Below are positions 30,415 through 40,546 of a stretch of DNA of 64,000 bases, piece after piece (the first letter of the stretch is position 1; every line of letters starts with the position of its first letter). The stretch comes from an uncultured Gemmatimonadaceae bacterium (lineage in GTDB: Bacteria > Gemmatimonadota > Gemmatimonadetes > Gemmatimonadales > Gemmatimonadaceae): positions 1,216,001-1,280,000 of the forward strand of contig OY970320.1 in NCBI GenBank assembly GCA_963716745.1. Direction: 5' to 3'. The notes under the pieces are model-generated. The model searched no databases. It was given only the letters and a program-made list of their open reading frames with translations, and was not told the DNA's origin. The translations under genes and the position numbers were made by a program.

Positions 30415-32874
30415 ATGCCGCGAGCCCAGCGCAAGGAAGAGATCCTCCGCTCCGAGCTGCCGCCCACGCTCCCGTTGATGGCGTTGCGGAGCACGATCGT
30501 TTATCCGCTGGGAACCATCGCCGTGCAGATGGGGGCGCCCGAGAATCTCTCGATCATCCGCGCGTTCGATGAACCGGGACTCATCGTCGGACTGTTCGTG
30601 GCCGGCGGCGATCACGATGAGAACGTCGATCCCGAGACGTTCGTCAGCCGCGTGGGCGTCGCGGCCCGCGTGCACGAACGGATCAATCTGCCCGGGGACA
30701 CGATCCAGATCACGCTCCAAGGCCTTCGTCGCATCGTGGTGGACGACATCACGCAGCGCGAGCCCTTCCCCGTCGCGAAGATCCATCCCGCGCGCGAGAC
30801 ACCGCTCGATCCGATCGAGGGCGAGGAGCTCATGGCGCGCCTCGTGTCCGCCGCCGAGACGCTCGCCGAGCTCGTGGACCGCATTCCCGACGAAGTGCCG
30901 TCGATCCTGAAGATGAACATGTCCGATCCGGGCCGCTTCGCCGATCTCGCGGCCACCAACATGAACTTCCGGATCGCCGACAAGGACGAAGTACTGCAGC
31001 GCCTCGACATCGCGGAGCGCATCCGCTTCGTGCTCTCGCGCCTCGAGCGCGAAGTAGCGAAGGCGCGCGTGATGGAAGACATCAAGCGCCAGACCGAGGT
31101 GAAGATCGAGCAGCACCAGCGCGAGTTCTATCTGCGCCAGCAGTTGCGCGCCATCCAGGCCGAGCTCGGCGAGGCCGATCCGGGCGAGAAGGACGCGATC
31201 GACATCTTCAAGAAGATCGAAGACGCGAAACTCCCCGAGAAGGTGGCGGCCGAGGCGCGGCGCGAGACGGAGCGCATGCGCATGCTGTCGCCGGCGAGCA
31301 GCGAGTACCAGGTGATCCGCACGTATCTCGATTGGGTGCTCTCGCTGCCGTGGCACGCGCGCTCGGGCGCGGAGCAGATCGAGCTCGCCAAAGTGCAGGA
31401 AGCGCTCGACGGCCGGCACTACGGCCTGAAAGAGGCGAAGGAGCGGATCATCGAATATCTCGCCGTGCGCAAGCTGCGCGGCGGCGATCCGCTCGGTCCC
31501 ATCCTCTGCTTCGTCGGGTCGCCCGGCACCGGCAAGACATCGCTCGGCGAGGCGATCGCGAAGGCGATCGGCCGCGAGTTCTATCGCATCTCCGTGGGTG
31601 GCGTGCGCGATGAGGCCGAGATCCGCGGCCACCGGCGCACGTACGTCGGCGCGATGCCGGGGCTCGTCGTGCAGGCGATGCGGCGCGTCGCGCTGCGGGA
31701 TCCGGTGCTCATGATCGACGAGATCGACAAGATGACGTCGGGCGGCATGAGCGGCGATCCGACGGCCGCGATGCTCGAGGTGCTCGATCCGTCGCAGAAC
31801 CACTCGTTCGTGGACCATTACATCAATCTGCCCTTCGATCTCTCGGGCGTGCTGTTCATCTGCACGGCGAACAATCTCTTCGACATTCCCGCGCCGCTGC
31901 GCGACCGCCTCGAGGTGATCCAGATCGCCGGCTACACGATCGAAGAGAAGGTCGAGATCGCGTGGCGGTATCTGTTGCCGAAGCTCTTCGAGGAGCACGG
32001 CATCACGGACAAGGACCTGCAGTTCACGGACGAGATGCTCGGACTCATCTCGAGCGGCTATTCGCGCGAGGCGGGGCTGCGCGGCTTCTCGCGCAACATC
32101 GCCGCGATCATGCGCAAGCGCGCGCGGAAGAAAGCGGACGGCGAGGAAGGCGCGTGGATCGCGGATCTCGCAATGGTGGAAGAAGTGCTCGGCTCGCCGC
32201 GCTACGCGAAGGACGAAGCGGAGACCGAGCCGGAGATCGGTACCGCGACCGGCATGGCGTGGACGTCGACGGGCGGTGACCTGCTCGTGATCGAAGCGCT
32301 CAAGATGCCGGGCACCGGCAAGCTCACGATCACCGGGCAGCTGGGCGACGTAATGCGTGAGTCCGTGCACGCCGCGCTCTCGTACGTGCGTTCGCGCGCG
32401 ACACAGCTCGCGATCCCCGACACGATGTTCAAGGATTTCGACATCCACATCCATCTGCCCGCGGGCGCGATCCCGAAGGATGGCCCGAGCGCCGGCATCA
32501 CCGTCACGCTCGCGATCGCGAGCGCGCTCGCGGAGCGCCCGGTGCGGCGTGATGTGGCGATGACCGGCGAGGTGACGCTGCGCGGCAAGGTGCTCGAAGT
32601 GGGCGGTGTGAAGGAGAAGTTGATGGCGGCGTACCGCGCCGGGCTGCGCGAGGCGATCCTGCCCAAGTCGAACGAGAAGGACCTGCGCGAGATCCCGGAT
32701 GAAGTGCGCGAGAACATGACGTTCACCTTCGCGTCGAACATGGACGAGGTGTTCCGTCTCGCGCTCTTGCCGCCCACGTCGAAGGGGCGCGCCGACAGCG
32801 CGCCGAAGCCGGCCGACGCGAGCAAGCGCGGCACGCCGCCCGAGAAGATCGTGCCGATCGAGACCACGAGCTGA
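30415..32874 (+). CDS. lon: ATP-dependent Lon protease
   Basis: GSPGTGKT, GHRRTYVGAMPG, IDEIDK, PKDGPSAG and GGVKEK. Confidence 0.96.
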   Translation: MPRAQRKEEILRSELPPTLPLMALRSTIVYPLGTIAVQMGAPENLSIIRAFDEPGLIVGLFVAGGDHDENVDPETFVSRVGVAARVHERINLPGDTIQITLQGLRRIVVDDITQREPFPVAKIHPARETPLDPIEGEELMARLVSAAETLAELVDRIPDEVPSILKMNMSDPGRFADLAATNMNFRIADKDEVLQRLDIAERIRFVLSRLEREVAKARVMEDIKRQTEVKIEQHQREFYLRQQLRAIQAELGEADPGEKDAIDIFKKIEDAKLPEKVAAEARRETERMRMLSPASSEYQVIRTYLDWVLSLPWHARSGAEQIELAKVQEALDGRHYGLKEAKERIIEYLAVRKLRGGDPLGPILCFVGSPGTGKTSLGEAIAKAIGREFYRISVGGVRDEAEIRGHRRTYVGAMPGLVVQAMRRVALRDPVLMIDEIDKMTSGGMSGDPTAAMLEVLDPSQNHSFVDHYINLPFDLSGVLFICTANNLFDIPAPLRDRLEVIQIAGYTIEEKVEIAWRYLLPKLFEEHGITDKDLQFTDEMLGLISSGYSREAGLRGFSRNIAAIMRKRARKKADGEEGAWIADLAMVEEVLGSPRYAKDEAETEPEIGTATGMAWTSTGGDLLVIEALKMPGTGKLTITGQLGDVMRESVHAALSYVRSRATQLAIPDTMFKDFDIHIHLPAGAIPKDGPSAGITVTLAIASALAERPVRRDVAMTGEVTLRGKVLEVGGVKEKLMAAYRAGLREAILPKSNEKDLREIPDEVRENMTFTFASNMDEVFRLALLPPTSKGRADSAPKPADASKRGTPPEKIVPIETTS

Positions 32875-32911
32875 GCGCGCCGCAGCGCATCGAGAGTTCG
32901 CGGGGATCGCC

Positions 32912-34174
32912 GTGACGCCAGCGCAGCTCCTGCCACCGCCGGACGAAGCCACCAAACGCGCGCAGCTCGTGCGCATGAAGCGGCGCGCGACGGGATTGCT
33001 CGTGCTCTCCACCGCGGTGTTCTTCGCGGCAGCGTTGCTCGTGCACGGGTATCCGTGGCTCGATCCGGTGAAGGCCGCCGCTGGCGCCGCAATGGTGGGC
33101 GGCCTAGCCGACTGGTTCGCTGTCACCGCGCTCTTCAAGCACCCGCTGGGGCTGCCCATCCCGCACACGGCGATCATCGCCGCGCGAAAGGACCAGATCG
33201 GCCGCTCGCTCGGGAATTTCGTGCAGCGCCACTTCCTGAGCCGCAATGTGCTCGCGGAGAAGCTCGCGAACGCGAGAGTGGCCGAGCATCTCGCGGCGTG
33301 GCTGAGCGAGCCCGAGAACGCGCGCGCGGTGGCGCGCCACGCCGCGACCGCGGTAGCCGGCGGCGTGCGCGTGCTGCGCGACGAGGATGTGCAGGAACTG
33401 ATCGACGGCGTGCTGCGCGACCGGATCCGCCGCACGCAGGTGGCGCCGCTCGCGGGCAAATTGTTGAGCGTCGTCACCGAAGGCGGCCGTCACCAGGAGA
33501 TCCTCGACCAGGCCATCGCGCTGCTCGCGCGCGCGGTGCACGACAACGCCGACGCGATCCGCGACCGCATCGAGAAGGAGAGTCCGTGGTGGATCCCCGA
33601 GGCGGTGGACGACAAGATCCACAAGAAGATCGTGACGGGCGTGGACCGCACGCTGCAGGAAGTGCGCGGCGATCCGGGCCACCCGCTGCGCCAGCGCTTC
33701 GACGCCGCGCTCGACGATTTCGTGCGGAAGCTGAACGGTTCGCCCGAACTGCAGGCGCGCGCCGAGGCACTGAAGCTGGAGCTGCTCGACGACGCGGCGG
33801 TTCGGAAATTCTCGACGGCGATCTGGGAGGAGGCGAAGAACGCGCTCTTCCGCTATGCCGAACGGCCCGACTCGTTCAGTCCCGGCGCGATCGAACGCGG
33901 ACTCGTCGCGTTCGGCGAGGCGGCGAAGAGCGATCCCGCGCTGGTGGCGAAGCTGAACGGCTACATCGCCGAGATCGCGCTCGCGGTGGTTGGGCGGTAT
34001 GAGGGCGAGGTGTCGGCGCTGATCGCGCAGACCGTGGCCGGCTGGGACCCCGATGCGACGTCGCAGCGCATCGAGCTCGCGATCGGGAAGGATCTGCAGT
34101 TCATCCGCATCAACGGCACGATCGTCGGCGGACTCGCGGGGCTCGTGATCTACTATATCGCGAAGCTGCTGTAA
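32912..34174 (+). CDS. DUF445 family membrane protein
   Basis: MVGGLADWFAVTALFKHP; DLQFIRINGTIVGG. Confidence 0.9.
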   Translation: MTPAQLLPPPDEATKRAQLVRMKRRATGLLVLSTAVFFAAALLVHGYPWLDPVKAAAGAAMVGGLADWFAVTALFKHPLGLPIPHTAIIAARKDQIGRSLGNFVQRHFLSRNVLAEKLANARVAEHLAAWLSEPENARAVARHAATAVAGGVRVLRDEDVQELIDGVLRDRIRRTQVAPLAGKLLSVVTEGGRHQEILDQAIALLARAVHDNADAIRDRIEKESPWWIPEAVDDKIHKKIVTGVDRTLQEVRGDPGHPLRQRFDAALDDFVRKLNGSPELQARAEALKLELLDDAAVRKFSTAIWEEAKNALFRYAERPDSFSPGAIERGLVAFGEAAKSDPALVAKLNGYIAEIALAVVGRYEGEVSALIAQTVAGWDPDATSQRIELAIGKDLQFIRINGTIVGGLAGLVIYYIAKLL

Positions 34175-34176
34175 CT

Positions 34177-34244
34177 GCAGACCTAGACGCTAGACCTAGA
34201 CGTTAGACTGCGGTCTAACGTCGCATTCTAGCGTCTAGGTCTGC
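34177..34244. repeat. Palindrome of short tandem TAGAC-containing units between convergent genes
   Basis: GCAGACCTAGACGCTAGA...TCTAGCGTCTAGGTCTGC with inner GACGTTAGAC/GTCTAACGTC. Confidence 0.75.
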
Positions 34245-34246
34245 TT

Positions 34247-35497
34247 TCAATTGACTCGGACTTTCGTCAGATCGAAGATGTTCGTGGCCGCGCCGGCCGG
34301 TACATCGACGTACAGCACCGCCGACTTCCCCGCCACCGTCCCGCCCCAGACCATCACCGAGCGACCCGCCGGTGAGAATGTCATGCCCGTCGGCGTCTTC
34401 GTGCCGGTCGTCCCCTTGTAGCGCTTCGCGGCGAGCTCCTGCATTGCCGTCGCGAATTCCACGGCGTCCACCGGCGTCTCGAAGAGCGTCAGCCACGCGA
34501 ACCCGTCGCCCTGCGGCGTGTGCACGAGCACATAGCGGTCGCCGGTCCAGCCGGCGGCGGCCTGATCTGCCCGGTGCTCGTCGTGCAGCGCCTCGTACAC
34601 CACCAGGTACGTCGAGAACTCACCCATCACGTTGTCGTAGGTGATCGTGCCCGCGCGCGGCGCGGGCAAAGTCACGGTGATCGGCATTTCGCGCGGCGAC
34701 GCGAAGTACTCGGCCGGATGCATGATCTGCGCGCTCGATGCCGGCAGATCGCTCCCGTACGGCACCTGTCCGGGCCGCTGCGCGTTGAACTCGCGCACGA
34801 ACTGCATGCCGTTGATATAGGGGAAGAGCAGCTGTTCCTGCAGGAACTCGGGGGTGCGGGCGAATACCGGCATCGACGATTGCTGCTCGCGAACCATCTC
34901 GCGGATCCGGTCGAAGCCGGCAGGCATGTCTACGCCCGGGCCCAGCATCGCCTGCAGGGGCACCAGCGTGGCCTGTCCCTCGAACACGGCCTGAGCGGCC
35001 ATCACGCGGTCGTCGTCGCCCTTCACGTTCTGGATGGAATCGAGATTCATGTACTGGTCCTGCAGCGCATGCACGAGCTCGTGCTGGATCACGAAGCCCA
35101 CCTGCTCCTCGGACGCACCCTCCACGATGTACAGCACCTTCGTCTTCGGATCGTAGAATCCCACCACCTGCTCGGTGAGCAGATCGAGCATCAGTTGCCG
35201 CAGATCGAGGGTGTCGGGAATGATGCCCAGCCGGCGGAGTACGGTCTGCTGCGCCGCGATGTCGCGTGCCGACTTCTCTTCGTTGAACGCCTTGTCGAGG
35301 AAGGCGCGCACTTCCGCCTTGCTCCGCACTTCGTAGCGCGGCGGCGTCTTGAACCTGAGCCCGGTGGTCTTCTCGATCATCGGTACGGCCTCCGCGACCT
35401 CCGAGGCGTATTGCCCCTGCGCGCGCTGCGGGCGCGCGCATGCCGCGAGCGCGACCGCCACGACGATCGGCGCGAGCCAACGATTGCGATTCGTCAT
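34247..35497 (-). CDS. Lipoprotein, putative zinc metallopeptidase
   Basis: Lipobox LAAC; GFYDP, HELVHALQDQ, FEGQA and FPY. Confidence 0.72.
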   Translation of the reverse strand: MTNRNRWLAPIVVAVALAACARPQRAQGQYASEVAEAVPMIEKTTGLRFKTPPRYEVRSKAEVRAFLDKAFNEEKSARDIAAQQTVLRRLGIIPDTLDLRQLMLDLLTEQVVGFYDPKTKVLYIVEGASEEQVGFVIQHELVHALQDQYMNLDSIQNVKGDDDRVMAAQAVFEGQATLVPLQAMLGPGVDMPAGFDRIREMVREQQSSMPVFARTPEFLQEQLLFPYINGMQFVREFNAQRPGQVPYGSDLPASSAQIMHPAEYFASPREMPITVTLPAPRAGTITYDNVMGEFSTYLVVYEALHDEHRADQAAAGWTGDRYVLVHTPQGDGFAWLTLFETPVDAVEFATAMQELAAKRYKGTTGTKTPTGMTFSPAGRSVMVWGGTVAGKSAVLYVDVPAGAATNIFDLTKVRVN

Positions 35498-36342
35498 AGT
35501 CCCATCACTCCGGATCGGTACCATCGAATGAGGTCCGCGCCCCAGAGCAGCGCGATCACTGCGCCCGGCGCGAGGAATATCCCGAACGGCACGTGCGGCT
35601 GCTCATAGGGTGTGGCTGTCCGCTTGCTTCTGCTCCAGCTGATGGGCAGCACGATCAAGAGGAAGACCACGCTGCCCACCGCCGCACCCAGGAAGATGGT
35701 GAGCAGCGACCGGCTCGGCCCGACATGCGCGCCCACCATCGCCATGAGCGTGATGTCGCCGAAACCCATCGCTTCCTTCTTGAGGACCACTTCGCCCAGC
35801 CACCCGATAATGGCGATCGCGCCCGCGCCCACGCACGCCCCGAACACCGCATCGCCCGGCGTCGCAAAGAGCGACACGTCATCCCGCACATACGCGAACA
35901 TCGACATCCCGATCGCCCATACCAGCCCGAACACGGTGAAGCCGTCGGGGATCGTATACGTGGACGCGTCGGTGAGCATCACGCCGAGCAGCACGGTGCA
36001 GAACATCGCGAAGCGCAGCGCGGTGATCGTCGGACCGAAATGCAGCGCCGACGCGACCCAGATGAGCGCCACCACCAGCTCCACCAGCGGATACACCGGC
36101 GAGATCGGCAGCGCGCACGTGCGACACTTCCCGCGCAGCACCAGCCAGCTGAGCACCGGCACATTGTCGTACCAGGCGATCTCGCTCCCGCACCGCGGGC
36201 AGCGCGACGGCGGCCTGATCACCGACAGCTCCTTGGGCCACCGCCCGACGCACACATTGAGGAACGATCCGAAGCAGCCGCCGAAGAACGCGGCCACGGC
36301 GACGATGAACCATTCGGGCAGCATGGCGAGGTCTGGGTTCAC
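35494..36342 (-). CDS. pilD: Prepilin peptidase (A24)
   Basis: GSFLNV, CPRC, WYDNVP, CRTC, MGFGD and PFGIFL. Confidence 0.93.
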   Translation of the reverse strand: MNPDLAMLPEWFIVAVAAFFGGCFGSFLNVCVGRWPKELSVIRPPSRCPRCGSEIAWYDNVPVLSWLVLRGKCRTCALPISPVYPLVELVVALIWVASALHFGPTITALRFAMFCTVLLGVMLTDASTYTIPDGFTVFGLVWAIGMSMFAYVRDDVSLFATPGDAVFGACVGAGAIAIIGWLGEVVLKKEAMGFGDITLMAMVGAHVGPSRSLLTIFLGAAVGSVVFLLIVLPISWSRSKRTATPYEQPHVPFGIFLAPGAVIALLWGADLIRWYRSGVMGL

Positions 36343-37103
36343 GCGCGGAGTTGGTGAAGGAGGATCCCCGCCGCGACCGCGACGTTGAGCGATTCGATGT
36401 CGGAGGCGATCGGGATCGCCACCGTTCGCGCGGCACGCGACCGCGCTTCCGCGCCGAGTCCCGCGCCTTCGTTCCCCACCGCGATCGCGAGCGACGCCGG
36501 CGCGCGTATTCCCGCGAGCGCATCGCCGCCCGCGTCGGCGCCCCACAATGGGATGGCACGCGCCGCGAGGAACGCGTCGAGCGCATCCCAATCGCAAGCG
36601 AGCGCGGGCCGGTGGAAGAGGGCACCCATCGCGCTACGGACGACCTTCCCGTTCCACAGGTCAACAGTGCCGGGCATCGCGAGCACGGCGTTCGCGCCGA
36701 GCGCGGCGGCGGTGCGCAGCAACGCGCCGACGTTGCCGGGATCCTGGATGCCGTCGAGCACGAGCAGCCGTGCGCGCGCGGGAAGCGCCGCGCCCACACT
36801 TTCCAGCGTCCGCTGCGGCACTTCCGCCACCGCGAGCACGCCTTGCGGCGATTCCGTGCCCGCCGCGCTCTCGAATTCGCGGTCGGTCACCGCGAGCACG
36901 GGCACGGCGCCCGCCTCGAGCCGCTCGCGCAACGCCGCACCACGCGGCGCGCCGGCGAGCGATGGCGCCACCAACGCCCCCTTCACTACGAGCGGCGAGC
37001 GGAGCAATTCCTCCACCGCGCGCACCCCTTCGCAGAGGAAAAGTTCCTCGCGCTCACGGGCTCGGCGGCGTTGCAGATCGCGCGCGAGGGTCAGTAATTT
37101 CAC
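36339..37103 (-). CDS. TrmH/SpoU family RNA methyltransferase
   Basis: IQDPGNVG, GNEGAG and ESLNVAVA. Confidence 0.92.
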   Translation of the reverse strand: MKLLTLARDLQRRRAREREELFLCEGVRAVEELLRSPLVVKGALVAPSLAGAPRGAALRERLEAGAVPVLAVTDREFESAAGTESPQGVLAVAEVPQRTLESVGAALPARARLLVLDGIQDPGNVGALLRTAAALGANAVLAMPGTVDLWNGKVVRSAMGALFHRPALACDWDALDAFLAARAIPLWGADAGGDALAGIRAPASLAIAVGNEGAGLGAEARSRAARTVAIPIASDIESLNVAVAAGILLHQLRA

Positions 37104-37106
37104 GAT

Positions 37107-37940
37107 ATGGGCAGAGTCACGTTGCTGAACAGTATCACGCGCGGTGCGCGCCGCCTACTCCCGGCGGCGGCCATCGCGGCGGCCGCGTGCGCCACGTCCA
37201 CGAAGGGCGAGGTACAGATGGGTGAGCAGGCCGCGGCGCAGGCGACGCACTCGCTGCCGATGGTCACCGATCCCGACATCAACCGCTACGTCACGGTGCT
37301 CGGCGATTCGCTCGCCGCGGTCGCCGACACGCGCGACCTCGAGTGGCATTTCTACATCGTGGACAGCCCGGAGATCAATGCGTTCGCGCTCCCCGGCGGA
37401 TTCGTGTTCGTGAATCGCGGTCTGATCGAACGGGTGGACAGTCTGGATGAGCTCGCCGGCGTGATCGGCCACGAGATCGGCCACGTCACGCAGCGGCACT
37501 CCATCAAGTTGCAGCAGAAGGGCGAGATCGCGGAGATCGGCACCGGACTCGCGTGTATCCTCACGCGCGCGTGCGGCCAGGCCGCCGGCGTGGGGATCAA
37601 CGCGGGCGAAGGCGCGCTGTTCGCGAGCTTCAGCCGCGAGGCCGAACACGAAGCGGACTCGGTGGGGATGATCTACGTGGTGCGGGCCGGCATCGATCCG
37701 CGCGGCATGACGTCGATGTTCGAGAAGCTGCTCGAAGCCCGGCAGCGCGACCCGGAGAAGCTCGAGGCGTGGTTCCTGAGCCATCCGATGGAGGAGGACC
37801 GGATCGGCTTCACGCTCGATGCGATCGACAAGATGGACCCGAAGCAGCTCGAGTCCCTCACGCGCGACACGCCGAATTTCCGGAAGTTCAAGAAGCGCTT
37901 CGACGCGCTGCCACCCTACCCGCCGCAGCCCGCGAACTAG
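37107..37940 (+). CDS. M48 family metalloprotease lipoprotein (start uncertain)
   Basis: NAFALPGG, HEIGH, FSREAEHEAD and SHP. Confidence 0.9.
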   Translation: MGRVTLLNSITRGARRLLPAAAIAAAACATSTKGEVQMGEQAAAQATHSLPMVTDPDINRYVTVLGDSLAAVADTRDLEWHFYIVDSPEINAFALPGGFVFVNRGLIERVDSLDELAGVIGHEIGHVTQRHSIKLQQKGEIAEIGTGLACILTRACGQAAGVGINAGEGALFASFSREAEHEADSVGMIYVVRAGIDPRGMTSMFEKLLEARQRDPEKLEAWFLSHPMEEDRIGFTLDAIDKMDPKQLESLTRDTPNFRKFKKRFDALPPYPPQPAN

Positions 37941-37949
37941 CGTCTCAGG

Positions 37950-38828
37950 TCAGGCCGGTGCGCGCGCCGCGACCGCGCGGGCGAGCAATTCCGCGGCCAC
38001 CGGCGGCGTCGCGCTGTCGTAGCGCACCAGTCCCAGCGAGAGCGTAAGCGGCGCGCGCATCTCGGGGTGTTTCTCCCGGTGGCGCTTCATGTGGGCGCGC
38101 AGCCGCGGGCCGATCACATCCTCGGTCTCCTCCGCAGCGTCGAGCACGAGCACGGCGAAATCGTCCGCGCCCAGCCGCGCCACGACATCCAATGCGCGGA
38201 ACGTATCGCGCAGCACTTCGGCCGCGCCGAGCAGCGACCGGTCGCCTTCATCGCGGCCATGCTCCTCGTTGATCTGTTTGAGCGCCGGCACGTCGGCCGA
38301 CGCGAGCAGCACCCCGCGCGTACGCGGCGCGAGCCGCAGGTGGTGATCGGCGAGCGTGAGGAAGCCGCGCCGGTTGTAGAGGCCGGTGAGCGGATCGGTG
38401 AGTGCCAGTTGCCGGAGCGTGGACTGCAGGCGCTCGCGCTCGATCGCGTAGCGCAGCACGCGCGACAACAGCGCGCCGTCGAGCGGATCGCGCGCCACCC
38501 AGTCCTGCGCGCCGGCCTGCACCGCCATCGCGCCGGCGTTCTCGGCGTCGGCGGCCGCGCCCAGTACCACCACCGGCACGTCGGGCGCCTCAATGCGCGA
38601 GCGCACGAGCGCGTCCATCGCGCCCTCGGGCGACACGGCGGCATCCACGATCACTACGTCCACCCCGCCCGCGCCGAGGCGCTCGAGCGCATCGGCGCCA
38701 TCCAGCGCCGCGTGCGTGAGCTTGAATCGGGAGCCGCCATTCGGCGACGCCCGCTCGAGCGCGGCGCGCAGCATCGCCGTGGCCGTGTCGGCCCCGATGT
38801 ACAGCACGTTGGTGGCGAGCGGTTCCAT
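37950..38828 (-). CDS. Receiver + degenerate GGDEF protein
   Basis: DPLTGLYNRR; RALD I-site; active site reads GADDF. Confidence 0.8.
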   Translation of the reverse strand: MEPLATNVLYIGADTATAMLRAALERASPNGGSRFKLTHAALDGADALERLGAGGVDVVIVDAAVSPEGAMDALVRSRIEAPDVPVVVLGAAADAENAGAMAVQAGAQDWVARDPLDGALLSRVLRYAIERERLQSTLRQLALTDPLTGLYNRRGFLTLADHHLRLAPRTRGVLLASADVPALKQINEEHGRDEGDRSLLGAAEVLRDTFRALDVVARLGADDFAVLVLDAAEETEDVIGPRLRAHMKRHREKHPEMRAPLTLSLGLVRYDSATPPVAAELLARAVAARAPA

Positions 38829-38933
38829 GCTTCGTTGCCTTCGAGAGGGAGCGTTTGCCTGCCTTGGTGGACGCGGCGCCGCTCGCACCCGTCACGGCGT
38901 TGTAGCGGCGCGCGCCGCGGCGCATCATTCATC

Positions 38934-39716
38934 ATGCGGATCGCGCTCACCGTCGCGGGCTCCGATTCCGGCGGCGGCGCCGGCATCCAGGCCGACTTGA
39001 AGACCTTCCATCACTTCGGCGTGTTCGGCACGTCGGTGGTGACCGCCGTGACGGCGCAGAACACACGGGGCGTGTTCGCGTGGACCGCCGTCGCCCCCGA
39101 TCTCGTCACCGCACAGATCGACGCGGTCGCGGCCGATCTCCGCCCCGCCGCCGTGAAGAGCGGCATGCTCGCCGATCGCGCCATCATCGAAGCGGTGGCC
39201 GACGCCCTCCGCCGTCACGCGCTCGCGCCCTACGTGCTCGATCCCGTGATGGTCGCGACGTCAGGCGATGCGCTCTCGCGCGACGGCGTGGCGCCGGCGA
39301 TCACCGACTTGCTGCTGCCCCTCGCCGCGCTGGTGACGCCCAATCTCGACGAGGCCGAGCACCTCACCGGCCGCGTGGTGCGCGATGTGGATGCGATGGC
39401 CGCCGCGGCGCGCGCGCTCGTCGCGGGGGGCGCCGGCGCCGCGCTCGTGAAGGGCGGGCATCTCGCGAACGGCGATGTCGCGGACGTGTTCTTCGACGGC
39501 CGCGACCTGCGCGTCTTCCGCGCGCCGCGCATCGACACCACGAGTACCCATGGCACCGGCTGCGCGCTCTCCGCCGCCATCACCGCGCAACTCGCACTCG
39601 GCCACGCACTCCCCGCAGCGGTGGAGACGTCGATCGGTTTCGTGCGCGCCGCGATCGCGAGCGCGCCGGGCCTGGGCGCGGGGCACGGCCCCCTCGATTT
39701 CTTCGCGAAGGGCTAG
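38934..39716 (+). CDS. thiD: Hydroxymethylpyrimidine/phosphomethylpyrimidine kinase
   Basis: AGSDSGGGAGIQADLK, DPVMVA, TPN, KGGH and HGTGC. Confidence 0.96.
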   Translation: MRIALTVAGSDSGGGAGIQADLKTFHHFGVFGTSVVTAVTAQNTRGVFAWTAVAPDLVTAQIDAVAADLRPAAVKSGMLADRAIIEAVADALRRHALAPYVLDPVMVATSGDALSRDGVAPAITDLLLPLAALVTPNLDEAEHLTGRVVRDVDAMAAAARALVAGGAGAALVKGGHLANGDVADVFFDGRDLRVFRAPRIDTTSTHGTGCALSAAITAQLALGHALPAAVETSIGFVRAAIASAPGLGAGHGPLDFFAKG

Positions 39717-40546
39717 AGCGCGCTCGCGCGCGCGCACGAATTCGCGCACGAGCGACTTGAACCGCTCGGCGCCCCGCGCCGTGACCGCCAGCACTTCCGC
39801 GTGATCGAGCGGCGCATCACTCAGACCGGCCGCGGCATTCGTGATGCAACTCACTCCCGCCACGCGCATGCCCAGCGCGCGCGCGGCGATCACTTCGGGC
39901 ACGGTGGACATCCCCACCGCGTCGGCGCCAAGCACGCGCAGCATCTTCACCTCGGCGAGCGTCTCGTAGCTCGGGCCGAGCAGCCCGATGTACACTCCCT
40001 CGCGCACGGCGACGCCGAGCGCGCGAGCGGCATCGCGCAGGGCGGCGAGCAGCGCGGCATCGTATGGATCGGACATGTCGGGGAAGCGCGTCTCGCCGGT
40101 GCGCACCGCGCCGATGAGCGGATTGCGGAACATCATGTTGATGTGGTCGCGAATGAGCATCAGATCGCCCGGACCATACGCCGCGTTCACGCCGCCAGCG
40201 GCGTTCGACACGAAGAGCGTTCGCGCGCCAAGCGCGTGCGCCACGCGCACCGGGAGGGCCGCCGTCTCCGCGCTGTGGCCCTCGTACATATGGAAGCGGC
40301 CGGCAAAGGCGATCACGGGAACGCCTTCGAGCTTCCCCGCGGCGACGACGCCCGCATGCCCGCTCACCGATGCGCCGGGGAATCCGGGCACGTCGCGGAA
40401 CGGGATCTCTACCCTATCCTCGAGCTCGTTCGCCAACCCGCCGAGTCCGGATCCGAGGATGAGCGCGATGCGTGGTGCGGCGCCGCCGGTGCGCTCCGCG
40501 ATCGCGCGCGCCGCGCGCGTTGCGTCCGGGGTTGAGCGTCGCTCAC
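39713..40546 (-). CDS. punA: Purine-nucleoside phosphorylase (apparent indels near both ends)
   Basis: ILGSGLG, GHAG, GRFHMYEG, NAAGG, GPSYET and VGMSTVPE. Confidence 0.9.

Noticed and set aside
30382..33477. 1031-aa antisense ORF and many similar long overlapping ORFs
   Set aside because: These are shadow ORFs opposite lon and other real genes, expected at high GC, and carry no motifs.
39261..39713. Long C-terminal extension of PNP antisense to thiD
   Set aside because: A one-base shift in a (CG)n run skips the TAG at 39713-39715, and the extension is not protein-like.
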